A stretch of DNA of 64,000 bases from Octopus vulgaris (GCA_951406725.2 OX597821.1:52514001-52578000), one strand, 5' to 3'; numbered from the stretch's first letter, positions 1-16,789 are shown. Notes: generated by a model not told the origin, from the letters alone. Numbers and translations are program-made.

Positions 1-115
1 GATATACATTAAAACATTGATATCTATATATATATGTATATATATATGTACATATATATATATATATATGTAAATTATATATAAATATATATGTACATAT
101 ATATATACATATATA

Positions 116-151
<36 letters not shown>

Positions 152-296
152 TTATAAGTTTATGTATATATATATATGTAAATATATATTTGTATATATA
201 TATATATATATATATGTAAATATATATATGTATATACATATATGTAAATATATATATATATATATATATATGTAAATATATATATATATATATACG

Positions 297-328
<32 letters not shown>

Positions 329-330
329 TA
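1..330. repeat. (TA)n-rich microsatellite (others at 10577-10752, 16740-16900, 20823-21137 and 55607-55910)
   Basis: Direct reading. Confidence 0.95.
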
Positions 331-780
331 GTACAAAGTAAGATAGGTGTTGTGGGTGTAACCCACTATGGGATATCATTTATCCAATATACTGCTGGTA
401 AATTTTTAATACATAAATATTTTTAATTGAAATGCAATTAATTCATTTATTGTATTAAACGGATGAAGGCAAAGAAACATTTTTAACGTAAATTTATAAT
501 ACAAATAAGAAAATGGAGAAACAAATTTTGTTTGTTCATCAACTTACGGATATTATAATGTTAGATTATTCATTCATTTTACAAATGAGAACATCAAAAG
601 CACACAAAATATTATATAAATCAATAGATAAGATACTAATACAAATACAGATTTTAAAAGTCATATCATAAATTTATGAAATCCTGAAATTTCTTCTTAC
701 AGCTGTTTCAGCCTATGGTCAAAAGTGAATCTAATTACTTTCACTTTATATATATATATATATATATATATACATTTTTT

Positions 781-1374
781 TTTCTAGTTTCAGCTCAGAG
801 CTACGGCCATGCTGATGCACCGCCGTCTTGTACTACACTGTTATTACGACGAACCTCGTCTAATATGTGGCACTTGGTGAAGAATGGAGTTTGATATAGC
901 TACTCTCATTTGCACCTCCTGCCGTGAGGTAGGTTCATCTGGGACTCTTGACAGGAAGATGTCCAGCTTTGATTTAAAAACTGCTACATCCACTTTGTGC
1001 AAGTTCCTCAGACTCTTTGGAAGAATATTAAAAAGCTGTGGGCCCTTGAAACCTAGGCTGTTGCAGAAGCTGGTCCTGAAGCGTGATGGCATTGCTGGGA
1101 TCTTTGGCACTATGCAGTGTCGTCCCATTCTAGCATTGGTGTAGCTTACAATGCCAAAATTTGGCACAATTCCTTCCAGGATATTCCAGACATATATTAC
1201 TGGATACCTCTCCTATCTTCTCTCCAGGGAGTAGAGTCTTAGCTGTTTCAACCCTTCCCAGTAGCTGAGCTGTTGCAAAGAGATGATCTTCTTTGTGAAT
1301 CTTCTCTGGATTGCTTCAAGGTCTGCTGTTAATTTTACACTGGTGGGTGACCATAGCTGTGAGCAGTAATCTAG

Positions 1375-1375
<1 letters not shown>
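781..1375 (-). mobile_element. CR1-group non-LTR retrotransposon, 3' end (5'-truncated)
   Basis: LDYCSQLWSP...LEAIQRRFTKKI...SYWEGLKQLRLYSLERR and GPQLFNILPKSLRNL...FKSKLDIFLSRVPDEP; 3' UTR ggcggtgcatcagcatggccgtagc...gctgaaactag followed by A-tail; TA-rich microsatellite on both sides. Confidence 0.9.
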
Positions 1376-1407
<32 letters not shown>

Positions 1408-1466
1408 AGTGTGTGTATGTGTGTGTATACACACATATGTATTGATCATAAATCTATACATACATT

Positions 1467-1515
<49 letters not shown>

Positions 1516-1524
1516 TACGTTAAA

Positions 1525-1595
1525 TTATGGGGCCGTAAACGTAACAACATCAGTTGTCAAGACCTACAAACACACACACACCCACACACACACAC

Positions 1596-1634
<39 letters not shown>

Positions 1635-1770
1635 GACGGGTTTTTTCAGTTTCCGTCTACCAAATCTACAAACAAGATTTTGGTCGAAGAGATTTGCCCA
1701 AGTTGCCATGTAGTGGGACTGAACACGGAACCATATGGTATGTAAGCAAGATACTTACCAGACAGCCACA
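1525..1770 (-). mobile_element. SINE family A copy
   Basis: Reverse complement of gtggctgtctggtaag...gttcagtcccact...gtagacggaaactgaaa. Confidence 0.72.
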
Positions 1771-2328
1771 AAATAATATATATGTATTTCCTCTGTATGT
1801 TTGTGTGTGCATGTTCATGTTGGGTGTATGAGACTCGATTGTACAGTAAACGAATACATCCACTAACGTATGCAGACTTGTGTAGAGTTAAGAAACATGT
1901 CGAACAACAATTATAAATAATCACGAAATGTTGTGCAGAAAAATAACGTCTTTTCCTATATTCATTTCGTATCCATTGCACATCTCTCTAAACATACACA
2001 TCACATTAAATCAAAGACAACGTACAATAAATCAGCAACAGAAACAAAAAAAGAAACACAAAACCGTTCCTTTAATATAGCAGTATTTTAGGTTAATGCA
2101 GTAAATGAGTGGAGTTACATGTCACGAGTCATGTCTTCTGTTATCGTTTCTTATATCAGTTGATATCATGTGACAACCTGAAAAAAAGTGTCTGCATCTT
2201 AGAAAATCAAGTTCTGTAAAACGCACTAATGTTTCTGATTTGACCTACTATTTCCTATATGTAGTGTATAACATGCCATTGTTCTTTTAAGGCTATTAAT
2301 ACTATTTTTGGTTACTACGTAACGTTAG

Positions 2329-2351
2329 TAATAATAATAATAATAATAATG

Positions 2352-2397
<46 letters not shown>

Positions 2398-2779
2398 TAA
2401 TAATAATAATAATAATAATAATGATAATAATAATAGTAATAATGATTTTTTTATTGGCCACATTGACCCAAGACATGGAGGACAATATCGAAGGACGAGT
2501 TACATCACATCAAAATAATTACAAAAACAAAACATGTGGGGTCGTCATGAATCAAGAGAAGATACTACCACATTAAAGGACGTAACAGAGGATATATAAT
2601 AGAAAGTAGAGAAATAAATAATGAATAAATAAATAGAATTCCCGGATTACTCTGCTGTCTCCAAGGTAAGGGAAAGTGTTCTTTTTCAGTTTCTTTCCTC
2701 CTGCTTAGAAAAGCATATTGAGAGTAGTTCCATTTAATATCACTAGTCTTGCCTCTGTCGACTATCTTTTGATCTACTG

Positions 2780-2827
<48 letters not shown>

Positions 2828-2901
2828 ATAATAATAATAGAAATAACAACAATAATAATAGCAATAATAATTATAATAGTAATACTAACAACAACAACAA
2901 C

Positions 2902-2953
<52 letters not shown>

Positions 2954-3147
2954 GCAATAATAATAATAATAATAATAATAATAAACGCTTTGATGCAATA
3001 CCAGGCAATGGCTCTCAGGGCTACTGAACTTTTGCTATTAGAAGTGTTATGTTATGCATTGGTATAAAAGATGGGCTGCAGCAAATATTCTCCTCAACGT
3101 CACAAATTTGCTTGTCAGATGCTTGACATTAACATTGAGAATGTCTC

Positions 3148-3234
<87 letters not shown>

Positions 3235-3257
3235 ATAATAATAATAATAATAATAAT
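2329..3257. repeat. Cluster of (TAA)n/(CTA)n/(TAG)n trinucleotide microsatellites
   Basis: Tracts at 2329-2445, 2778-2983 and 3149-3257. Confidence 0.95.
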
Positions 3258-3709
3258 ATGCCATAGTAAGACTGCAGGGTATAACGAAGAAACAATACGT
3301 AATAGAGTAGGGACATGGTAGGAGAGAACGTGAGAAAAGACCTGAGCCGAATAAAATGACTGAAATACGAACAACTAAAAAATAATGATGGTGTATAGTG
3401 CTATACAAAAATAAGTGTCAATGGTTATATGCTGTAAGAGAGAAACTGAAAGAAAGAATAATAACTAATGCAAAGAAGTTAAAGTCGTGCAATGATCATT
3501 GTAAAACATTCCATAAAATTAGACTGTTTTAAAGTAACCAAAAGAAAGGTTTCCAGCAGCTGGACAGAAGAGAAGTGACCGTAGCAATTATTTCGGACGT
3601 CAATGAGGGTAAGAAATTTAGGGAAAGAATCTAGGGTGTGAGTAAATAGGAAACCTTGGAAGCACTGTGGCTTAAAAGGGTTGAAAATCACTCTTAAGAG
3701 AATAATCAA

Positions 3710-5035
3710 CAGGAGAATGTAGTAATAACCCAGAATAAATTACAAAAACAACTATGAAGACTTCCAAACCGAACCGAATGTCCCGATAGGGAAAAGGTTA
3801 CTGGCTGCAGAACATCAAAATTTGTCAGACCAGAGCTCGCTGTATTATTAAATGGAAAGATTGAGAGAAGTAGCATGCGGAAAGGGCTGACTACAGGAAG
3901 TACAACATTGATTGTCAAAAGATTGGGCAAAAAGGAAATAACATTTCAAATTTCAGACCCATTACTTGTCTTCTGTTGATGTATAAGTTTTTAACGGAAA
4001 TGCTTTCGGGTGGGGGGGGGTCGTATGAACATCTAGGAAGCAATAACGTACTAATGGAGGAGCTGAGAGAATGCAAGAGACAGTGTCGAGTCACCAAAGA
4101 CTTGTTGCTAATTGATGAAATGATTATCAAAAATTGCAGGTGGCAAACAATATGATCTAGGAAAGGGGGAGAACAAGTGAACCATTCGTTATTCATGCAA
4201 GATCTGAAATTGTATGCCAAGAATAGCAAAAAACTTGATACTCCGGTGAATACAGTCAGCATCTTTAATAGTGACATCTGTGTGTGCTGAGTTTAGGTTG
4301 AATAAGTGCAGTATCGTGCTAATGAGAAGTGGAATGTTTGAAAATAGTAAAGCAAAAAAATTAACAACAGACGACGAAATTAGGTATACTGATACAAAGC
4401 TACAAGTATCTTGGTTATACTTGAAGCAGACGATATCAAAGACAGCCGTATGAAAGTGAATGGTGTAAATACCATCGCCGCTATTAACTCCAAGGGCTGT
4501 AAGCACAATGAGGTATAGAGGTTGTTTGGTCAAATGGACGAAGGTTTTTAGCAAAGATGCTCAGATAAAAATTAGACCCCATGAAACAAACACAAAATCT
4601 TGGACAGAAAAGTAAAAAAAATATTGGGCATTCCATTCCTAAAGAGATGTTGATTGGCTATACAAGAGGAAGATTAAAGGAGGACGAGAATTACTAAATG
4701 TTGAGAATTATTTGAATATGCAGGTTGCTTCTCTCAAAATGTACATCCATGAAAGCAATGCAAACTAAATTAAGTTGGTAATTAAAGGTAAATATACTTA
4801 ATGATGGGAAGGAGACAAAAGACAAAACATGAAAGGGAAAGGACCTATCACAACAGACATTTGCATGGCAAATTATTTGTAGCCACAGACGAGTTTCGAG
4901 TAGGGAGAACTGGAACTGATAGAAAGAAAGTGGTCTGATGAGAGAGTGAAGGAATCATTATGACTGCGCAAAAGCAATCTTTGCGAATGCGAGACATTGA
5001 CGAGGAAAATATGGGTTTCAAAGTTTGGCACATTT
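3710..5035 (+). mobile_element. Degenerate R4/Dong-clade (RLE-type) non-LTR retrotransposon RT region
   Basis: Frameshifted fragments LTTGSTTLI, NFRPITCLLLMYKFLT, TKDLLLIDEMII, NHSLFMQDLKLYAKN, EFRLNKCS, DVDWLY..GGRELL, IMTAQKQSL. Confidence 0.8.
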
Positions 5036-6374
5036 TCAGGGAAGGGAACATCAACCCCAGACATCAACTTGTACTTAACTTATTTTTTAAACTTCGAAAG
5101 GATGGAAGGCAAAGCCGACCACGGTGGAAACTGAATTCAGAATTTAAAGACAGACGAAATGCCGCTTAACATTTTTCTCCGCATAAACAAATATTTAGCT
5201 GTCATAACATTCTAATCGAAAATACAGAAGTTTTAGTGGTTCTAATTAGAAGATTTACATGATCAGAAAGATTACTATAATTGCTGTGACAATTATTACA
5301 CGCTTCATAACAAAATTGAACTGTTATAATGACCGAATATTAAAAAATATTGCAACGAATAAAAAGATAATAGAATTAACTATAATAGAACCATGAATGA
5401 TATAATAAGGTTCAGCAATTCTCTCATTTAATTGGATATTGTTTTCTATATATATTGCAAGTATTCTAAGTGAATTTCCAACATTATCCTTGTCGTTAAC
5501 TAATTAGCTAAACTACTGATTATTTCTTGATTGAATGATATAAGAGTCTTTGTCACCCGTAGGTAATTACCTGCTTGCAATTAACGAAAAAATAATTATA
5601 TATAGTATATACATACTTCTAGAACTTACTCAACTTAGAATATAATTAGATTTTTGAACTTCACGGCAGTTTCATTATCTATTCACATTTCAGAATTCGT
5701 GACATACAAATGGCCAGGGAGAAATATATAAATATATTGTATTCCTTTTTTAAAACACGGAACAAGAAATTAAAAGCAATGTAACTTTAATTCCATTAAA
5801 TTCCGATACATTGTGAGTGACTTCAACGAATAATCTACGGGTATTTTGTATTTCAATCCTATTGTGGGTGATGAAAATCATGATTGAGAACGCTCCTGAT
5901 TTAAAAAAATACATACATCCCAAGGGACGAAGTTACATGAGTAATTCCTGTTTACGGTCAGGTTAGCGCTTATTGAACAAATCGATAAACAGCTGTATAT
6001 CAAACGTGGCCAATCCATTTTCTTTTTAATCATTGTATACAGAAGACTACATCATACAATGAGGCATCTTTTTCGACAGTGAGATATCATTTTTCATTGC
6101 ACAGAGCAAGTGTCGTGGCCACGTAATTATTGTCTTATTAGTTCGAAATTGTCTTAGGTGCTTATAGGTGTATAAAATTAAATCTAAAATCGCATGTGAG
6201 CAATTTAACCCTTCCATAATATTAACGAATTTCATAAATATACTGACAGGTTGTTGGAGGTTTACTGTCTATAAGAGTCCATATTTTAACAGCTATTGGA
6301 ATAGCCAATGTTAACCTTTATATCGACATAAACTATTAGCGAAAATTATTTCCATCATTTAATATAATTATTAT

Positions 6375-6681
6375 CACCGTGATCACCGTGACCGACCAGG
6401 CTATCAGGTGTTGCTACGCATCGCCGGCCACAATGCGCTTCGCCTTGTTTTAGCCTTCAAATGACGCCAACCCGCTGGCTAAGCGAGCAGGCCAACAGAA
6501 GAAAGAGTGAGAGAAAGTTGCGGTGAAAGAGTACAGCAGGGATCGCCCCACCCTCTGCAGAGCTTCGTAGAGCTTTAGGTGTTTTCGCTCGATAAACACT
6601 CACAACGCCCGGTCTGGGAATCAAAACCGCGATCCTACAACCGCGAGTCCGCTGCCCTAACCAGTGGGCCATTGCGCCTCC
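6375..6681 (-). mobile_element. tRNA-derived SINE with the same head as 63252-63638 but a different tail
   Basis: The first ~185 nt are nearly identical to 63252-63435. The tail ends in cacggtgat repeats; approximate TSD at(a/g)attattat at 6364-6374 and 6682-6692. Confidence 0.85.
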
Positions 6682-8554
6682 ATGATTATTATACACGAAA
6701 GAAATATATATTTTTACTATACCAGTCTTATTCTTTCTATTTATTTATTTCTGATGAAACAGAGATAAAATCTGGATATTTGTTATACATTGACATGAAA
6801 TGTGATGTGGTACGATGTAGTGGATTTCCTATAAATGTGACATTACAAGCTTCTGACCAATTTACAAGACAGCCATCATTTCAAATTCTACCGTTTCCAG
6901 TATTGTCGGTTTTTACATCCATATCTGAAGAGCCGCATACATACACAAACACACACATACACACACACACTCTCTCTCTCACACACAAACACGCACACTA
7001 AATGCTTATACATCGCCGCGCATATTTTCTGTGTTGTAGTTATTACTTTTCAGATTGTTTCCAGATACTATTTTATATTGGAGTGATATTTTTTTCCTTA
7101 TGAGAAAAATACAAATATGGATACTCTTCTTTCTTTAGTCCAACATATTTATTCCCATACAATAATCATCCTTTAGAACATTACGTCTATCGTAGATGAA
7201 GACGAGTCAAGCTAGACTTGGAATGTGTACGCCTATAAACGTAAGCCCAACATTTTATATTAGCATGTAATTGAGCTAATGTTTCCCGTTGCTATCACGT
7301 ATGTATTGAGCTATAACATGCCTATATTCGCTCTCTGTCTAATCTTAAACCTACAACGGGTTAATTGATCAATTTCAGTATATTGTTCCTTTTGTTCGTG
7401 ACAATTGCATTATATCATATCATTGTTGTTACTATTATTGAGCCCCAGGTAAGCGGTAAGTGGTCAGTTCATGATGGAAGGTATTTCAACTGTCTTTACA
7501 ATGTTTATCCACAATTACGTTATTCAATATCTTCTCTGCAGAAACCTGAATATGGTGTCTTCAATTCAAGTCATTTAATGATTTGCGAACGATAACACAA
7601 GCAGTTTGAATTGCTACGTAGCAGCCCTATTGTTGATTCGATAATTTTATCGTATTATGCCAATCATTACTATTATTCAATTATTTACCATATTGAGGAA
7701 ATTTTCAGAAGTAACAGACAATAAGTTATTCCTTGAAATGTTTAGCTGTTGATGATTCTGTGGTGTCGTGTTATTCTTCTGTTTACCGTAATATTAAGTT
7801 CTGTCAATCTATTTTCGTCAATCAAGTACATGACCATTTCTTAGTTAACGGTGGCGATAGTTGATTAAATAGAACCTAGTGTATAGTAGTTATTCATTTA
7901 GGTAATCGTAAAGGGAAGAAAGGAGGCGTAAATACCAATTAACTTTGAATTCTGAAGCACAGAACAGATGAGGCGAAGTCGTTTTGGTACTCAATTAATG
8001 GGAACCACATCAACAAAACGATTAAAAATGTTCACTCTTTATATTGAACAGCGCATGTCATCAAAGTGACACTGGGGTACAAATACACGGTTCCCAATAT
8101 ACCCATCATGACTACCGATCTGATAAGCGTACACCAGGCACATGCATCAGAATCATACGTGCGAGACATAATGATCTCATATCAACACAAACAAGCATGA
8201 CATTACAGTTTGGGCTTCGTTAGAATTTTCTTCAGGTCAAGTAGCCCATCCTGAGAAAGTTATTGCCTAGATCGATTTCCGTAGCGTAAAATATGTCATG
8301 ATGCACCTAAACGATTTGAGAGGAAGAAACAGAATGATATCGTGTTCTATCATTATATCCTTGTCCAATCTCAGTCAAAATAAAACTCACCATTGTCCCG
8401 ATTTTGACTTCATAGCAAAATCCATATAAGGAGTCTAAATACCTTCACGCATCCATCGTGAATAGACGTAGCTTCTTATATTGTTAATCATTTTAAATTT
8501 GTTTTCGTTTTAATCCTTTCCTTCAAGCACATATATGTCTAATTCGACGGGAGT

Positions 8555-8605
8555 GATCATCACCAGCATCAGCACCAGCAACATCATCATCACCATCATC
8601 ATCAC

Positions 8606-8668
<63 letters not shown>

Positions 8669-8705
8669 TATCATCATCTTCATCGCCGTGATCATCATCA
8701 TCATT
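8555..8705. repeat. (CAT)n microsatellite; a (GAT/AAT)n counterpart lies at 49451-49622
   Basis: Direct reading. Confidence 0.95.
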
Positions 8706-9469
8706 GTTATTTATTGAAAATATTTATAACAGTATAACCATTAAAGCGTACATCAATAGACACTGTGTGAATCACAAATGACTGAATTCATATTCAATAA
8801 AATTGCTGATAAAATCGGATATGGTTGAGAGATAATAACAGATAATGCTTAAATAATTGTTAGCTACTTGCTATTATGTAACATAATATCGTTTGATGAT
8901 AGTAATATTTACGTTAAAGTAGTCTGGAATCAATTGTGACTAGTACACAAAGAGCAAAAACGTATTTTATTTATAACAGCGAATATAATTTTTCATTGTA
9001 TTTCTTCTAAGAATTGGCAATATTCTGTAATTATGAACCTATGACGGATCATGTTTGGAACACATAGCAAACAGTGCACAATTTTCCTGTGTTATATTGG
9101 GAAATATTTCAATTTGCTTTTTACCTTAAGAATATTGTGTTTCGATTATCTTATTTTTTGCACTTAAGCCCTGGTTTCTGGGTGAATCGGGAAAAGATTA
9201 GATACACGCACGTGTGTATTTATGTATATATGTTCGTATGTATTTATGTAAAGAACGTTTATGTGTTTTTGACTAGGTGGCTGTGTATACTTGCATTAAA
9301 ATTAAGCATCGGGCTGCATCCCTTTACGTTAAAATATAACTTCTCTAACTAGAAGTCGCTATAATAAAATACCAGTCAGAATCGGAAACCGGGGTCGATA
9401 TGATGGATTAGAACATAGTATGGTCGTAGTATGGCAGTGGTTCCCCTCATGGTTCCCAAGGAGCTAGCA

Positions 9470-10011
9470 ACAAGCTAATAATGACCAATATTTATGCTGA
9501 TGAAACGAGTTTTGGAAATAGGAGAAATGAATGCGATGTGGTTGGTCTTGTAAATGGTAACCACGTTAATAAGGCTAATAATGAGATTTGTAAGGATGAA
9601 AATACCATGGATGATAACAGCAACAGGAGGGAAGGGGTTGCAAATAATATGAATCATAAATGTGAATTAAGGTGTAAAGTTGGGCTTAGGTCTAATGAGG
9701 GTGATAATAGGAATAATAATAATAACAGTAGTAATGGAGATATGAATATTAGTAATAGATACATAAGTGCCCTTACATTTAGTACATCAAGCCAGGCAAC
9801 ATATTGTAATCCCACTATTAATAGTAAGTCTAGGATTCGTCAAGTTACTTGGTTTGCTCCTCCCTTTTCATTAAGGGTGAAAGGTTTACCAAAGCTATTT
9901 CCCAAAACACCATAGGTACTATACAATATGTAACAAGTCAACAATCAAGCTGTCCTACTCAGTCACTCCTAATGTCGGATCTATTATTGCTTCGTTGAAC
10001 AGAGGTAAAAT
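9470..10011 (+). mobile_element. Penelope-like element ORF fragment (post-RT/thumb-linker region)
   Basis: SRIRQVTWFAPPFSLRVK, then after a frameshift PKHHRYYTICNKSTIKLSYSVTPNVGSIIASLNR. This matches the PLE motif R-x-I-x-WFNPPFS...FP-x-H...IFN-x-NT-x-K-x-SYS. Preceded by an Asn-rich linker. Confidence 0.75.
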
Positions 10012-10575
10012 ATGCCCATTGACTCACAGCATATAGATCAGACTGGAGTTGAGTTCGGACTGCTTCTTCATTGATGATTTGCTGGAGCTTAGTGTCATGC
10101 GCAAATATTTTCACTTTGCAGTAATGTACGGCACTGGAAAGGTCGTTTATGTAAATTATGAAGAATAGCGGACCCAAGACAGTCCCCTGGGGGACACCGC
10201 TGGTGACTTTTGCTGGGCTTGAGTGGACTCCATCAACTACAACATGTTGTTTTCTATTCGCCAGGAAATACTTAATCCAGTGTAGAACTTTACCACGGAT
10301 TCCAACATTTGCCAATTTTGAGAGTAGGATATTATGGTCTACCCTGTCGAACGCTTTACTGAAGTCAAGATATATGATATCAGAGTTCGAACCTGTTCCC
10401 AAGGCCTTGAGTACATCTTCAATGTGGTGTAAGAGCTGTGTTAGACAGTCCCTGCCACAGCGAAAGCCATGCTGATTTGCATTTAGAAGTTTGTGGGTCT
10501 CCAGGAAGTCAGCTATCCTTGATCTAACACTCTTTCAAACACTTTAATGATGTGGGAGGTGAGTGAGATTGGGCG
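10012..10575 (-). mobile_element. CR1-group LINE reverse-transcriptase fragment
   Basis: [16 protein letters not shown]; DIIYLDFSKAFDRVDH; SGVPQGTVLGPLFFIIYINDL; IFAHDTKL. Confidence 0.92.
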
Positions 10576-10587
10576 ATATATATACAC

Positions 10588-10625
<38 letters not shown>

Positions 10626-10644
10626 CTATATACACACACCCACC

Positions 10645-11880
<1,236 letters not shown>

Positions 11881-11924
11881 TATATATATATATATATATA
11901 TCTATATACATATATATATATTTT

Positions 11925-13170
11925 AAATCCTTAAATCCTTAAAAATGTTTTAGTCCGAAGGCCGCGGCCATGCTGGGGCACCACCGCTGAATGAGCTACA
12001 CTAATATGTGAATCCACCTCTGATACGTGGCACCTGATCAACAAGGGAGTTTGATGCTGCCGCCCGCATCTGCTTCTCCTGTCGTGAGGTAGGTTCATCT
12101 GGGACTCCCGACAAGAAGAGATCCAGCTTAGTTTTAAAGAAATCCATATCCACACCATGTAAGTCTCTCAGGCATTTAGGGAGGATGTTAAAGAGCTGTG
12201 GTCCTCTGAAACCCAAGCTGTTGCATTATCTGGACCTGTATTTTGATGGTGATGTTGGAATCTTTGGCACCATGCAGTGGTGCCCCGTTTTGCGGTTGGG
12301 GTAACTTTGAATGCCAAAGTTTGGGACAAGACCCTCCAGGATTTTCCAGATGTATATCACCGCATATCTCTCCCGCCTCCGCTCTAGGGAGAAGAGGTTT
12401 AATACTTTCAGTCTCTCCCAGTAGCTGATATTTTGCATTGAGACGATCTTCTTTGTGCAGCTTCTCTGAATTGCTTCGAGTTCTGCCGTTAGTTTTATAT
12501 TGTGTGGTGACCATAGTTGGGAGCAGTAGTTCAAGCGGCTGAGCACGAATGTTTTCCAGAAAACCATCAGTGTCTCCTTCTCTCTATTTCTGAAAGTTCG
12601 GAGAATCCATCCAGCTAGCCGTCTGCATTTTATCACCAGATTAGTAATATGCAATTGGAAAGATGCATCATTGCTCATGTCAATGCCCAGGTCACGCACT
12701 GATTTTGACTCAGGGATTGCAATTCTTCCTGGGCCAGTGTATCCAGTCTGCACGTCGTTTACCTTTGTGTGCCGGTAGCGCAGGGCCTGGAACTTACCTG
12801 CATTAAAATGATGTTGTTGTCCTCCGCCTACCTGTATATTGTATCCAACTCCTGTTGCAGATGTGCAATATTTTCAGGGTTTTGTATTGTGTGGGAGACT
12901 TTTGTGACTTCTGCATAGCTAGCACTGGTGGCCATCATAGCAACTGAAGGCATGTCTGAAATAAGAACACCGCTTGTTATTTGTGTTTCCTTGGAGGTGG
13001 CTCCATTGCTCACAACTGCCTGTCTTCTGTCTTTTAGGAAGTTGTGCAGCCACTCTCCAAGTTTTCCGCCTATGCCGAGACCACGCAGATTGTGACAGAT
13101 CATAACATGGTCGACTTGCAAAGTCGAGATATATTACATCCACATTTGTGTCATTTAGTAGCTGTTTTAA
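11925..13170 (-). mobile_element. CR1-group LINE, 3' ~1.2 kb, degenerate
   Basis: [49 protein letters not shown]...VPDEP; 3' UTR gcggtggtgccccagcatggccgcggc. Confidence 0.92.
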
Positions 13171-14280
<1,110 letters not shown>

Positions 14281-15337
14281 TACTGTTCATAATGGCCCTC
14301 TCAGCCACGCAGAGAGCCACGATCACAAGTTATGCAGATGATACAAAAGTTTCACAGGCAATACAGAACCCTGAGGACACTAAACACCTGCAATGTGAGC
14401 TGGACGAAATATACAAGTGGGCTGAAAAGAATAGCATGCAGTTCAATGCTGGAAAGTTTCAAGCTTTATACTATCAGCATGCAAAACTGAATGCAATACC
14501 CAATGAATACACTGGACCCGGAGGGATTGCAATCCCAGAGGCACAATCAGTGCGTGACCTGGGTATTCACATGAGTGATGACGCGACCTTTCATGTACAT
14601 GTTGCTAAACTGACAATGAAATGTAGACGGCTGGCTGGATGGATTCTTAGAACCTTTAGAACAAGAGAACAAGAAACCATGATGGTCCTCTGGAAGACAC
14701 TTGTCCTAAGCCACTTTGACTATTGCTCTCAGCTATGGTCACCATCCAGTGTCAAGTTGATCACAGAACTGGAGGCGATCCAACGAAGCTACACAAAGAA
14801 GATAGCCTCTATGCAGAATGTAAGCTACTGGGAAAGACTCAAGAGATTAAAATTATATTCCCTGGAGCGTAGGCGGGAAAGATATGCCATAATATACATC
14901 TGGAAGATCCTGGAGGGAAGTGTCCTGAACTTTGGCATCGAGAGTTACGCAAATGCCAGAACTGGGCGCCACTGCGTGGTGCCTAGGACTCCAAACCTGC
15001 CATCAAGATGTAGGACAAGATACTGTGATAGCCTGGGCTTCCGAGGCCCACAGCTCTTCAATATCCTCCCGAAGAACCTGAGAGACCTGCATGGGGTGGA
15101 TACAGATGTCTTTAAAATGAAGCTGGATCTCTTCCTGTCAGGTGTCCCAGATGAACCAACTTCACGGCAGGAGGGGTAGATGAGGGCAGCTGCATCGAAC
15201 TCTCTCGTGCACCAAATAGCAGCTGCTAGAAAGCCTCCATGAAGTGAAACCAAGTAGCTACACAAAATGGCGGTGCCCCAGCATGGCCACAGCTCATAAG
15301 CTGAAACTAGAATCAATCAATCAATCAATCAATCAAT
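14281..15337 (+). mobile_element. CR1-group LINE, 3' ~1.05 kb, with an uninterrupted reading frame to 15179
   Basis: SYADDTKV...WAEKNSMQFNAGKFQ...SVRDLGIHMS...FDYCSQLWSP...LERRRERY...VPDEP; 3' UTR ggcggtgccccagcatggccacagc...gctgaaactag followed by an (AATC)n tail. Confidence 0.93.
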
Positions 15338-15349
15338 ATATATATATAT

Positions 15350-15775
15350 ATATATATATGAAACTGAGAATGTGTGTCTGTCTGTCTGTCTGTCCATGTG
15401 AATCCCTAAATCTTGAGAACTACACAACCAATTTCATTCGAATTTTACACATGCCTTACTTAGGGTCCATGTAGTGTTATGGGCAAAAAATTTCTAACTT
15501 CAAGCCTAGGCTGAGCCCACTGCAATATCAGATCTTCTCCACTATTTCAGTATTACGTGTTAAAATTAAAACAAACACATCTCTCTATTGTAATGTGAGA
15601 TACTTTCACTTTAATACTGAAATTATTAAAGTCAAACTATTATATAAGAGGGATGAACCATTAACAGTGGACATCTATTTTGCTTGAAAAAGATCCGCTA
15701 TGGTCTTATATGCTACACCACTGGTTTTAAATTCATATTAATCAAATTAATATTCAATTTTTCACCCTTATTATT
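15350..15775 (+). mobile_element. Helitron-like element 5' portion (a similar 5' start occurs at ~57873)
   Basis: tatatatgaaactgagaatgtgtgtctgtctgtc...aaatcttgagaactacacaaccaatttcattc; no CTAG 3' end found. Confidence 0.5.
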
Positions 15776-15914
15776 TTCAATTGAAATTTAAACCCAGGAC
15801 CATGTGTTTTGGAACGAAGTTTGTTACCACACAGCCACACCTGCACCTATGTATGTGTGTGTGTGTATATAGCTGTATATGTATACGTTTATTTCTATAC
15901 ATGTATATGTGTAG

Positions 15915-15957
<43 letters not shown>

Positions 15958-16030
15958 TGTACATGTAATATGTACACATATATATTCACATATATACATG
16001 CATACATATATACACCCATACATACATAAA

Positions 16031-16438
16031 TAGGTGCAGGTGTGGCTGTGTGGGTAACAAACTTCGTTCCAAAACACATGGTCCTGGGTTCAGTCCCACT
16101 GTGTGGTGACTTGGCATGTATCTTCTGCTGTGGACTCAGACCAACCAAAGCCTTGTCAGTGGATTTTGTAGACTGAAACTGAAAGAAATCAATCGTATAT
16201 ATAGGTATGTATATATGTAAGCCTGTGTGTGTGTCTTTGTGCTTCTCCCTCATAACTGCCACACAACTGCTGTTCGTTTATTTACATCCACATAACTTTC
16301 TGGTTTCACCAGATGAAACTGATAGAATAAGTACCAAGCTTATCAAAATAAAAAAAAACAACCACTAGGCAGTCTCATATTTTTGTTTGCACACACAATT
16401 TATCTTTGTGTGTGTGTGTGTGTGTTTGTATACATACA

Positions 16439-16474
<36 letters not shown>

Positions 16475-16720
16475 TGGATTACATAGACAGAAACTTAAAG
16501 ACATCAATCGTATACATATATATGTATTTATTTAAGTGTATGTGTGACTTTGTTTCTGTGTTTCACCCTCATCACTGCTTCACAACTGCTGTTCGTTTAT
16601 TTACATCCCCATAACTTACTGGTTTCACAAGAAGAAACTAATAGACTAAGTACCAAGCTTATCAACATAAAAAAGCACTACGCTGTGTCTCATATTTTTG
16701 TTTGCCCACTCAGTTGTATC
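16031..16720 (+). mobile_element. SINE family A copy with a tandemly duplicated 3' half
   Basis: Head at 16031; the segment 16160-16400 is repeated at 16476-16710. Confidence 0.78.
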
Positions 16721-16756
16721 TATCAATTTATCTATGTGTGTATATATATATATAAT

Positions 16757-16789
<33 letters not shown>

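Noticed and set aside
152-379. Many ORFs rich in IY/YI, HT/TH, CV, RE or poly-I/N/D/L/M (e.g. 152-379, 13148-13828, 20717-21214, 35613-35918, 49159-49725, 55587-56042)
   Set aside because: They are translations of di- and trinucleotide microsatellites, not genes.
8391-8434. Possible minus-strand micro-exon (tttag|...atg|gtgagt; SLYGFCYEVKIGTM)
   Set aside because: The peptide does not resemble the expected next guanylyl cyclase exon and the acceptor lacks a polypyrimidine tract.
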